From an uncultured delta proteobacterium (lineage in GTDB: Bacteria > Myxococcota > Myxococcia > Myxococcales > Myxococcaceae), in assembly GCA_963776345.1 (NCBI GenBank), contig CAVZMH010000016.1, positions 576,001-640,000 of the forward strand: a DNA stretch of 64,000 nt, written 5' to 3'. The notes beneath the pieces are model-generated. The model was not told the origin of the DNA, searched no databases, and was given only the letters and a program-made list of their open reading frames with translations. Position numbers and translations under genes: made by a program. Position 1 is the first letter of the stretch. Each line of letters begins with the position of its first letter. Below, piece after piece: positions 45,347 to 55,139 of the stretch.

Positions 45347-46459
45347 TCACACCCGTTGGTACCTTCTCCCCGGGACTTGCAGCACCAGGCCCAGGAGCTC
45401 CAGCTCGCACAGCGCGCTCACCGCCCCGCCCGGATCCAGCCCCGAGCGCTCCTCCAACTCCTCCACCGGACGCGCCTCCCGCCCGACCAGGGCATAGACG
45501 CGCCGCGCGGCGTCCGACATTCCCGGCATCGGCCCCGGTCCGGGCTCGGTCGGGGGGGCCCCGTCGAGCCCCACCGCCCGGAGCGCGTCGCGAGGCCCGG
45601 TGCACAGCTGGGCCAGGCCCCGCGCCACGAGCAGGTTGCAGCCCTTGGCCGCCTCGGCCCAGAGCTCGCCCGGGCAGGCGAAGATCGGCCGGCCCTGGAC
45701 GCGCGCCGCCGCGACCGTGTGCATGGCGCCGCTCTTCTCCCCCGCCCGCAGGACCAGGACCGCGTCCGATGCACCGGAGATGAGCCGGTTTCGGCGGGGA
45801 AACGTCTGCTTGCTCGCCCGGATTCCCGGGGGAAGCTCGCTGAACACCGCGCCGCCTCCGTCGAGGATGGCCGACACCAGCCGCGCCTGGGCCGCGTCCA
45901 CCGCGTCCAGCGCCGACCCGAGGAAGGCCCAGGTCTCGCCGCCGACGTCCAGCGCGCCGAGGTGACACGCCCGGTCCACGCCCGCCGCCGCACCGGAGAC
46001 GACGCCCGCCCCACCACCGGCCACTGCCGCGGCGAATGCCCGCGCGTGCCGGAGGAAGCCCTGCTCCGGGTGCCGGGTCCCGACCAGCGCGAGCCGCCGC
46101 CGGGGCCGCGACGCCGTGCCCCGCATGAAGAGGACCGGGGGCGCGTCGCGCACCTCGGCGAGCCGCTCGGGGTAGCCGAGGTCGCCCGGGTGGACGACCT
46201 CCATCCGGCCCCGCGCCGCCCGCTCGCGCACCTCGTCGGCCACTGCCCGGAGCGAGCCCGCCGCCCGGAGCCGCGCCCGCACCAGGTCGCTCGCCGGCAG
46301 TCCGTCCACCCAGTCCCGGGCGGGGATGTCGAGGAGGTCGGCCCAGCGCCCGGCGGCCCACCGGCGCATCCCGCCGATGCCGATGCTCCCGATGCCGGGG
46401 ACGGCCCAGAGGGCGAGGAGCGCATCACGTTCGGCGCTGGGGAGCGGACGGGTGTCCAT
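45347..46459 (-). CDS. dprA: DNA-processing protein DprA (Smf)
   Basis: YPERL..PPVLFMRG, ALVGTR, VVSGAAAGVD, FPRRNRLISG, SGAMHT and GCNLL; C-terminal wHTH. Confidence 0.95.
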   Translation of the reverse strand: MDTRPLPSAERDALLALWAVPGIGSIGIGGMRRWAAGRWADLLDIPARDWVDGLPASDLVRARLRAAGSLRAVADEVRERAARGRMEVVHPGDLGYPERLAEVRDAPPVLFMRGTASRPRRRLALVGTRHPEQGFLRHARAFAAAVAGGGAGVVSGAAAGVDRACHLGALDVGGETWAFLGSALDAVDAAQARLVSAILDGGGAVFSELPPGIRASKQTFPRRNRLISGASDAVLVLRAGEKSGAMHTVAAARVQGRPIFACPGELWAEAAKGCNLLVARGLAQLCTGPRDALRAVGLDGAPPTEPGPGPMPGMSDAARRVYALVGREARPVEELEERSGLDPGGAVSALCELELLGLVLQVPGRRYQRV

Positions 46460-46528
46460 CGGGGCACGCCCCTGCCAGACCCGGGCCACCTATATAGAAG
46501 TGGACGGGCCGACCGGAGCGGGCGGCGA

Positions 46529-46557
46529 GACATAAGCGCCCGTTCCCACCGGGTCAA
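46529..46557 (-). promoter_or_regulatory. Putative sigma70 promoter for dprA-topA
   Basis: Minus strand TTGACC-N17-TATGTC. Confidence 0.4.
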
Positions 46558-46595
46558 GCGACGGCCCCGCGAACGCCCCGGCCCGGCGCCGGATT

Positions 46596-47765
46596 TTACT
46601 TCGCGATTCCGGCAGTTTGCGCGCCGCCGGCGCGCAGCTCGACCCGGTCGCCCCGGACGACCTCGCGGAGCGAGCGGACCAGCAGGCAGGTGGTGACGGC
46701 CTCCCGGACGTCCACCGCCATGCACCGTCCGACGTCCTCCACCGGCAGGGAGGTGTCCTGGTTCGCACTCGGATCGACCCCCACGCCGGACAGGATGGGG
46801 TCCCCCTGCCGGATGATGGTGAAGACGTTCCCGACCTGGACCCCCTGCGCGCTGCCGGCGTCCACCAGCACGCGGGAGTGCTCCCCGGTGATGGTGACGT
46901 TGGTGTTCAGGATCGCCACCACCGTCAGGTTCTGTAGCGCGGTCGCGTTGGGGACCGGGGCGACCGTCTCGAACAGTCGCTCGCGGGCAGGACCGATGCG
47001 GGCGCCCCGGCCGATCTCGTCGAACGACTTCTCGAGGGTGGCCCGCACCTTGGGCTCGCTGGTCCGGTTCACCTTCAGCGTGCCGAGCACCTGGGTCTGG
47101 TAGCCGAGGAACTTGCCGTTCTTCGGGTGATAGATGCGGTCAGCGGTGCGGAACACCAGGTAGCTCGCCCCCACCTGGACCGCGCTCCTGTCCTTGAAAT
47201 CCAGGTAGACCACGTCCGGCGGCGAGAGCATCTCCGACTCGGCGTAGCTCGCGACCAGCGTGCCCGCGGCCTCGACCTCCTTCGGGGTCACGAAGCCGTC
47301 GCGGAGGACGATCTCCTTGGTCTTCACCTCGACCGGGAGCCGGACCATCTGCACCTCTTCGTCGCTGGCGATGACCTCCCCCGCCTGCAGCTCATCCTCG
47401 TCGCCCGTCACCTGCTCGGCCCTGGCCGGCGTCTCCTCTCCGTTGCCGGGGAAGAAGCGCACCTGGTTGCCAGGGTAGATCCAGTGCGGGTTGGCGATCT
47501 GCGGGTTGTAGGACCAGACCTTCGGCCAGTACCAGGGGGTGCCGAGGTACTTGCTCGAGAGGTCCCAGAGGGTGTCGCCCTTCTCGACGGTGTGCACCTG
47601 GCTGGGCGCCTGCTCCTGCCCGGCCGGCGCGGTGCGCACCTGCCCCTGCTCGGGCGCCGGCGGCTGCTTCACCTCGGTGCCCTCGACCTCGGAGCCTCCC
47701 CCCGCGGGCGCCTGGGCCCGGGCGACGGACGCGGCGAGGCACAGCATCAGGAACGACGCTCTCAT
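46596..47765 (-). CDS. tsaP: LysM domain protein, probable type IV pilus secretin-associated TsaP
   Basis: Signal peptide; LysM HTVEKGDTLWDLSSKYLGTPWYWPKVWSYNPQIANPHWIYPG; directly upstream of dprA, the usual tsaP position. Confidence 0.8.
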   Translation of the reverse strand: MRASFLMLCLAASVARAQAPAGGGSEVEGTEVKQPPAPEQGQVRTAPAGQEQAPSQVHTVEKGDTLWDLSSKYLGTPWYWPKVWSYNPQIANPHWIYPGNQVRFFPGNGEETPARAEQVTGDEDELQAGEVIASDEEVQMVRLPVEVKTKEIVLRDGFVTPKEVEAAGTLVASYAESEMLSPPDVVYLDFKDRSAVQVGASYLVFRTADRIYHPKNGKFLGYQTQVLGTLKVNRTSEPKVRATLEKSFDEIGRGARIGPARERLFETVAPVPNATALQNLTVVAILNTNVTITGEHSRVLVDAGSAQGVQVGNVFTIIRQGDPILSGVGVDPSANQDTSLPVEDVGRCMAVDVREAVTTCLLVRSLREVVRGDRVELRAGGAQTAGIAK

Positions 47766-48544
47766 CAGTGGGTCCTCGGAATGCGGGCCAGGCGCGCCTC
47801 GGCCTCGGTGGCCGCCGGCGTCCCGGGAAAGGAGGTCACCAGGCGCGCGAGCAGGGCGCGCGCCTCGGCGGGCTGCTTGAGGCGCACCTGGCACTCGGCG
47901 AGCTTGAGCATCGCCTGCTGCACCACGTCGCCGGCCGGGTAGCGCTGGAGCACCGTCTCCAGCAGCTTGGCCGCGCGGGCCGGCTCGTCCTGGCCCAGCT
48001 CCCCCAGCGCGGCGAGGTACAGCGCGTCGTCGGCGCGCGGGTCTTTCGGGTGGGCCTCGGCGAAGCGCTGCATCCGCTCCACGCCGCCCCCGAGGTTGCC
48101 GGTGCGCAGCGCCTCCTGGGCCTGGGCGAACTCGCCGTCGAGCTGGGTCGCGTCGGGCGCCTCGCTGGCGGGCGCTCCGGACCGCGAGAGCGCGGCCACC
48201 AGCTCGGCGTCGGGCTCCTGGACTGGGGTGCGGACGTCGATCGCCGGGGCGCGATCGGCGCGCGGCTTGAGCTTCACCACCGCCAGCGAGGGCACCTCGG
48301 CGCCGGTGGGCGTGGACGGCGCCGTGGCCAGAAGCGACCCCATCGTCGGCGGGGCGGCGCGCGCCGCGGCGCGGTCCGTCTCCAGCGCCTCCACGCGCGC
48401 GAGCAGGCGGACGTTCGAATCTTGAAGCTGCTTGACCGAGGCCTGCAGCGTCCGCACCTCGCTCCTGCTCGACGCGTCCGAGGCACAGCCCACCGCGCAG
48501 GGGAGCAGGAGCGTCAGGACGTACGGGGGGTGGACACGGGGCAC
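47765..48544 (-). CDS. CpoB/YbgF-like TPR lipoprotein
   Basis: Lipobox-like AVGC, N-terminal coiled coil and C-terminal TPRs (HPKDPRADDALY, RYPAGDVVQQAMLKLAEC). Start set at GTG 48544, downstream of the promoter candidate. Confidence 0.8.
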   Translation of the reverse strand: MPRVHPPYVLTLLLPCAVGCASDASSRSEVRTLQASVKQLQDSNVRLLARVEALETDRAAARAAPPTMGSLLATAPSTPTGAEVPSLAVVKLKPRADRAPAIDVRTPVQEPDAELVAALSRSGAPASEAPDATQLDGEFAQAQEALRTGNLGGGVERMQRFAEAHPKDPRADDALYLAALGELGQDEPARAAKLLETVLQRYPAGDVVQQAMLKLAECQVRLKQPAEARALLARLVTSFPGTPAATEAEARLARIPRTH

Positions 48545-48568
48545 GGGAACACGCCGGATTCCGGCGCA

Positions 48569-48598
48569 AGTGTACGGACCGGCTTCCAGGGGGGTCAA
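48569..48598 (-). promoter_or_regulatory. Putative sigma70 promoter for cpoB-like/tsaP, overlapping the pgeF stop
   Basis: Minus strand TTGACC-N18-TACACT. Confidence 0.5.
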
Positions 48599-49338
48599 GA
48601 AACGCGGCCGGGCGCGATGAAGGCCAGGTGGCGCCCCGTCCCACCCCGGTCCCTGCGGTGCGAGAAGAAGCGCGCCGGGTCGCAGGCGTTGCAGCCGGGA
48701 ACGTCCTCGATGGAGGCCTCGGGCACGCCGGCCTCGCGCAGCGTCCGCCGGACGGCGAGCCGGAGGTCGAGGCGCGGACCGGGGCCGTCACGGCGCACCA
48801 CCTCCGCCCCGAAGGCGTCGACGAAGCGCTGCGCCAGGTCCTCGCCCACCCTGTAGCAGCAGGCGCCGATGGCCGGGCCGATCGCCGCGCGCAGCGTCCC
48901 GGGCGGAGCTCCCTCCCGGGCGAGCGCCGCCACCGCGGCCTCACCGATCCGGGCCACGGTCCCCCGCCAGCCGGAGTGCACCGCGGCCACCCGGGCACCG
49001 TCCTCGCTGCAGAGGAGCACCGGCACGCAGTCCGCGGTGCGGATGCCGATCCAGGCGTCCGGGGCGTCGGTCCACAACGCGTCGGCCTCGGGCACGGCGC
49101 CCGGGCGTGCGCGCACCACCGTGGTGCCGTGGACCTGCTCGGCGAGGGCCAGGCGCTCCGGAGCGAGGCCCGCGGCCCGCGCCAGCCTCGCCCGGTTCTC
49201 GTGCACGTCCTGGCCGGCGTCCGACGCGGGGCCGAGATCGAGCGAGGCGCGCTTGCCCTCGCTCACCCCGCCCGAGCGCAGGGTGAAGCCGTGGCGCACG
49301 GGGAGGCTCCGGGCGACGAGGAAGAGCGCGCTGTCCAC
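48595..49338 (-). CDS. pgeF: Peptidoglycan editing factor PgeF (YfiH)
   Basis: HGFT.RSGGVS, QVHG, ADAL, TADCVPVL, AVHSGWRG, IGPAIGACCY and FFSHRR. Confidence 0.95.
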   Translation of the reverse strand: MDSALFLVARSLPVRHGFTLRSGGVSEGKRASLDLGPASDAGQDVHENRARLARAAGLAPERLALAEQVHGTTVVRARPGAVPEADALWTDAPDAWIGIRTADCVPVLLCSEDGARVAAVHSGWRGTVARIGEAAVAALAREGAPPGTLRAAIGPAIGACCYRVGEDLAQRFVDAFGAEVVRRDGPGPRLDLRLAVRRTLREAGVPEASIEDVPGCNACDPARFFSHRRDRGGTGRHLAFIAPGRVS

Positions 49339-49369
49339 AGCCCGCCGAGCCTACCCCGGGACGGCCAAC

Positions 49370-50833
<1,464 letters not shown>

Positions 50834-50951
50834 GTCGGGACCCAAGGTAAAGGGCGCCGGCGCCGGCGCAAGGGGGACTGCATGATCTGGGCCCGGTTTG
50901 AACAGCCCGGGCCCGCCGGTTCTTCCCCCGGACTGTCGGGCCGGGGGTGGC

Positions 50952-52532
50952 TCACGCCCGGAACGGCTCCAGGATCAGGTCGGGAAAGAGGTTGTCCCGC
51001 TGCTCGAGCGCCTGCAGCCGCAGCGGATCCACCGCCCCGGCCCTCACCGAGCGGACGAGCTCCAGGAACGACGCGAGGTGGGACTGCACCCGGGCGCGCG
51101 CGTACGCGGTGACCGTCCCGCTCCGGAGGATGAAGGCGAAGTCCGAGGACTGCGCGAGCAGGAGCTCCCGGAAGGCCTGCACCAGCGCGCGGCCCTCGAC
51201 CCCTCCCGTGCGCGGTAGCCGGGCGAAGGGGGCCAGCATCTGTGCGCAGCCGTACAGCGCCTGGGGGATCCAGTCGTTCACCGGGTCGAGCCACATCGAG
51301 GCATGCCCGTGCTCGCCCCAGCTGCTCTCCACCGGGGAGACCACCTGCGCCTCGGGCCAGGCCTGGAGGTCGTCCGCTGGCGTCACCACCGCCAGCCCCG
51401 CCGCCGCGGCCTCGCGGAACAGCGCCTCGAGGAACACCGGGCCCTCGAACCACCAGTGCCCGAAGAGCTCGGCGTCGTACGGAGCGACGACCAGCGGGTC
51501 ACGCTCCATCCGACCGACCAGTGCCCCGGTCCGCTCCTGGACGCGGGCCACGAAGTGGCGGGCGTGCTCGCGCGCCCGGGCCAGCGCCGACTCCGGCTCC
51601 CAGAGGGCCTTCGCCGCCCCGCGCCCGGTGATGCGGTGGTACTTGAAGCCGGTGGCCCGCCGCGGCCTCCCCGGCCCCACCACCGGAGCGAGCGCGTCCT
51701 CGGGGAGGTCCCACCCGATGTCGCGGTAGAAGTCCCGGTAGACCGGGTCCGCCGGGTAGCCCACATCGGCGCTCCACACCTGCTCCGAGGCCTCGGGGTC
51801 CCGGGCGTACACCGCGACACCCGCCTCGGTGAACACCGGGGCGTGCACCGAGAGGAGCGGCCGCGGCTCGGCGTCGGCGAGCCCGTGCGCGTCGAGGAAG
51901 GTGAAGCGCAGCCCCTCGTCCGCGAGCACCCGCTCGAGCCCCGGGTAGTAACCGCACTCGGGAAGCCAGAAGCCCGCGGCCCTCCGCCCGAGGGCCCGGA
52001 CGTGCTCGGCCGCGCCCACCGACACCTGCGCCCGGACGGCCTGCGGCGACGGGCGGAGCAGAGGAAGGAACCCGTGCGTCGCGCCGGAGGCGACCAGCTC
52101 CACCAGCCCGCGGTCGCGGAGCGCGGCGAACGCGGGCACCAGCGCGCCCCGGTAGCGATCGGTCCACAGCCACCCGAGCCGCTCCAGGCGGGCCTGGTAG
52201 AAGCGCGCCACCGCCTGGAGCCCGGCGTCGCCTGCGGTCCTCTGCACCTCGCGCTCGGCCAGCGCCTGCTGCCGCTCGATGCGCCGGCCGATGCGCGAGC
52301 GGAGCAGCGGGTCCTCCAGCATCGCCACCAAGGTGGGGGTCAGCGAGAGCGTGAGGCGCACCGGCACGCCGTCGTCCCCGAGGCGCTCCAGGAGCTCGAG
52401 CAGCGGGAGGTAGCACTCGAGCACCGCCTCGCGGAGCCACTCCTCCTCGAGGTGGTCCTCGTCGTCCGGGTGCCGGACGTACGGGAGGTGGGCGTGGAGC
52501 ACGAGCAGCAGCGCGCCCCGCGGCCGCCGCAT
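50952..52532 (-). CDS. GH57 1,4-alpha-glucan branching enzyme (DUF1957 C-terminus)
   Basis: LVLHAHLPYVRHP, ATHGFLPL, GFWLPECGY, APYDAELFGHWWFEGP and RELLLAQSSD. Confidence 0.93.
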   Translation of the reverse strand: MRRPRGALLLVLHAHLPYVRHPDDEDHLEEEWLREAVLECYLPLLELLERLGDDGVPVRLTLSLTPTLVAMLEDPLLRSRIGRRIERQQALAEREVQRTAGDAGLQAVARFYQARLERLGWLWTDRYRGALVPAFAALRDRGLVELVASGATHGFLPLLRPSPQAVRAQVSVGAAEHVRALGRRAAGFWLPECGYYPGLERVLADEGLRFTFLDAHGLADAEPRPLLSVHAPVFTEAGVAVYARDPEASEQVWSADVGYPADPVYRDFYRDIGWDLPEDALAPVVGPGRPRRATGFKYHRITGRGAAKALWEPESALARAREHARHFVARVQERTGALVGRMERDPLVVAPYDAELFGHWWFEGPVFLEALFREAAAAGLAVVTPADDLQAWPEAQVVSPVESSWGEHGHASMWLDPVNDWIPQALYGCAQMLAPFARLPRTGGVEGRALVQAFRELLLAQSSDFAFILRSGTVTAYARARVQSHLASFLELVRSVRAGAVDPLRLQALEQRDNLFPDLILEPFRA

Positions 52533-52543
52533 CCTCCCGGCCC

Positions 52544-53767
52544 TCAGGCCCGCCCGGAGCGAGGTCCGCCGGACGGCCCGGCGCCGCCCTCTGGACCGCG
52601 CGCCCCGGGGCTGGTCGGCAGCGGGACCCGGCGCGGAGAGTCGAGCGGCTCGTGCCGCGCCGCCCCGGGCATCCCCGGCGAGGGCGCCTCGGCCAGCGGC
52701 ACCGACCACGGCAGCCGGAGCGTCCGCACCTCGAGCTGCGCCGAGACACGGCCCGGCGGAAGGCGGCGCAGACCGCTCCGCGAGCCCACGGGCCGGGTCC
52801 ACCCGTCGCGTCCGAGCAGGAGCACCTCGGCGGTGTACTCCTCTCCGGCGGCGAGGCCGGTGACGTAGGTGCTCCGCGCGCCGAGCGACAGCTCCAGGCT
52901 CCGCTCGAGCTCGTCGCCCCGGTGGATGCGGAGGAGCAGCCTCGGCTCGCGGAGCCCCAGCGCCGCGCCGCGCTCGAGCTCGCGGCGGAAGTCCCAGAAG
53001 ACGAAGAGGGTGGTGGGGTCTCGCACCAGGAGCAACGGCGCGTCGGTGCCCACCTCGCGCGGCGAGGCGAACGCCTCGGCATCGAGGGGCTCGGCCGGCG
53101 ACGGCACGCGGCGCGGGCGGCGCGGCGCCGCGGGCGCCTCGAAGAAGGCCTCCTCGACCGGAGCCTCAGCCGGCACGGGCTCGGCCCGCTCGGCGACGGC
53201 CCCGGACCCCCGGGACGGCCGCGCGCGCTCGGGCGGCGCCGGCCGCGGTCGGCGATCGGGCGTCCGCCCCACCTGACCGGCCCGGCCCGCGGCGGCGTGG
53301 CTGGCCAGCGCGCCCCTCGCTCCGCCCACGGGCACCTGCTCCTTCTCCTTCGAGCCGGTCCTGGCGCTGCGCTCGCTCTCACCTGCGGCGCGCCCGGCGG
53401 CGCGCGGCTCCGTCCGACGCTCCCCCGGCGCGCCGGGGGCGGCCCGCGGCTCCGAGCGCATCGGCGATGCGGGCACGGCTGGCCCGGTCGCCGCGGGTGG
53501 CGCGGCGGCGCGCCCCTTCTCCGCTGCTGTGGGCTCGCCGCGCACCCGTCCACGGCGACCGGGTGGGAAGTCCACCACGCGGACCGGGGCCCCGGGCCGG
53601 ACGACGGACGCGGCGCTGGCGCGCAGGCGCGAGGGCGGCGCGGGAACCACGTCCTTCAGGGCCTCCAGCAGCTGGGCCCGGGTTCGGAGTCGGCTATGAC
53701 CCTTGCCCAGGTGCTTCCGCGCGAGCCCCCGGAGCTGCTCCACGCTGAGCTTCTTCAAGTCGTCCAT
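52544..53767 (-). CDS. DUF4912 domain protein with Rho-N-like N-terminus
   Basis: N-terminal LKKLSVEQLRGLARKHLG..SRLRTRAQLLEAL; C-terminal LLVRDPTTLFVFWD..STYV..GEEYTAEV; adjacent to GH57. Confidence 0.75.
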   Translation of the reverse strand: MDDLKKLSVEQLRGLARKHLGKGHSRLRTRAQLLEALKDVVPAPPSRLRASAASVVRPGAPVRVVDFPPGRRGRVRGEPTAAEKGRAAAPPAATGPAVPASPMRSEPRAAPGAPGERRTEPRAAGRAAGESERSARTGSKEKEQVPVGGARGALASHAAAGRAGQVGRTPDRRPRPAPPERARPSRGSGAVAERAEPVPAEAPVEEAFFEAPAAPRRPRRVPSPAEPLDAEAFASPREVGTDAPLLLVRDPTTLFVFWDFRRELERGAALGLREPRLLLRIHRGDELERSLELSLGARSTYVTGLAAGEEYTAEVLLLGRDGWTRPVGSRSGLRRLPPGRVSAQLEVRTLRLPWSVPLAEAPSPGMPGAARHEPLDSPRRVPLPTSPGARGPEGGAGPSGGPRSGRA

Positions 53768-53850
53768 CACCCTTCCGAAGGAACGCTCCCACCCGCCTGG
53801 ACAGCCGCTTACGCGTCGGCGCCGCCTCCGGTCAACGTCCGTCCGGACAT

Positions 53851-55125
53851 GTGTCATCCTCGCCCGCGCTCGTGACGACCGACGCCCCCTCAGCCCTCCT
53901 CGCCGGGTTCGATCTGTGGCCAGGGTCGTCGGCATGGTCTCGACGCATGACGGAGGGGGTGCGGGCGAGCGCGAGCCGCCACCGGGTGCTCACCCTGTCG
54001 TTGCGCGGGCCGGCGCTGGCCCATACCGAGTCGCTGCTCGGCGCCCGCGCGCTCCGGGTGCCTCCCGGGGCTGGCAGCCTCCCTGAGCAGGTGGAGGCGT
54101 TCGGCCGCGCGGTGCACCGGCAGCTCGACTCCGAGGCGCACGCGCTGGTCCACACCGCGGATCCGCTGGTGGGCGCCGCAGTCCTCGCCCATCCACGGCG
54201 GCCGGTGCTCCTCTACGAGGCGCGCCGTCTGCCCTCGTCCGAGCTGCCGATGCTCCTGGGGCGGGGAGGCGAAGGAGCGGCGCTCGCGCAGGCGCTCCGC
54301 CGGTCCGAGCGGCTCTGCCTGCGCGAGGCCGACGCCGTCATCGTCACCACCCGCGCCCGGGCGGAGGAGGTGCGCTCCGCAGGATGCCGCGGGCCGGTGC
54401 ACCTGGTCCCGGACGGGATCGAGCCGGGCGAGCCGGTGTCCCGGCCTCCCGGAGCGTTGCGCATCCGACACGTCGGCTGGGAGCTGTCGAGCGGCGCGCT
54501 CCGCGTGCTCCTCGAGGCGGTGCGCGTGCTCGGGCGGGCCGGCCGGCTTCACCTCGTCCAGCCGCCGGGCAGGGCGTGGGACGGGGCGCTCCAGCGCGAG
54601 GTGAGCGCGGCGGCGCGGCACGGCGCGCTGACCTCCGGGCCTCCCGGCGCGGTCTCCGAGGCCTGGGCGGACGTGGAGGTGCTCTCCGGCGTGGGCCCGG
54701 ACGCCCGCGCGCCGGCGGCGCTGGCCGATGCGCTCGAGGCCTACGCCCGCGGGCGCACGGTGCTGGCGGCGGACTCGGAGGCGGCACGGGCGGACCTCCC
54801 GGCGGGCTGCACCGTCTTCTTCCCCGGACTGGACGGCTGCGCCCTGGGCGACGCGCTCCTGGCGCTCGCCTCGACTCCCGACCTCCTCCGGCGATCCGGG
54901 GAGGAGGCCCGCGCCTACGCGGAGCGCCGTCACGACGCCGCTCGGGTGCGCGGGCTCCTCCGTGACCTGTACCGGCAACACGGAGCGGCCCCGACGGCCC
55001 GGCGCGCTGGCTCCGGCGCACCCCTGCCCTCCTTCTCCCCCGTATGGAGCGGGTCCCTCCGGGCGCCGGACGGCCGGGCGCCGGAGGCCACCGACCCCGG
55101 CACGCCCTCGGGGAGCTTCGGGTAA
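53851..55125 (+). CDS. Glycosyltransferase family 4-like protein (divergent)
   Basis: LVHTADP, LLYE, ERLCLREADAVIVTT, VHLVPDGI and LEAYARGRTVLA. Start uncertain. Confidence 0.65.
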   Translation: MSSSPALVTTDAPSALLAGFDLWPGSSAWSRRMTEGVRASASRHRVLTLSLRGPALAHTESLLGARALRVPPGAGSLPEQVEAFGRAVHRQLDSEAHALVHTADPLVGAAVLAHPRRPVLLYEARRLPSSELPMLLGRGGEGAALAQALRRSERLCLREADAVIVTTRARAEEVRSAGCRGPVHLVPDGIEPGEPVSRPPGALRIRHVGWELSSGALRVLLEAVRVLGRAGRLHLVQPPGRAWDGALQREVSAAARHGALTSGPPGAVSEAWADVEVLSGVGPDARAPAALADALEAYARGRTVLAADSEAARADLPAGCTVFFPGLDGCALGDALLALASTPDLLRRSGEEARAYAERRHDAARVRGLLRDLYRQHGAAPTARRAGSGAPLPSFSPVWSGSLRAPDGRAPEATDPGTPSGSFG

Positions 55126-55139
55126 ACTCGGTCCCCCCG

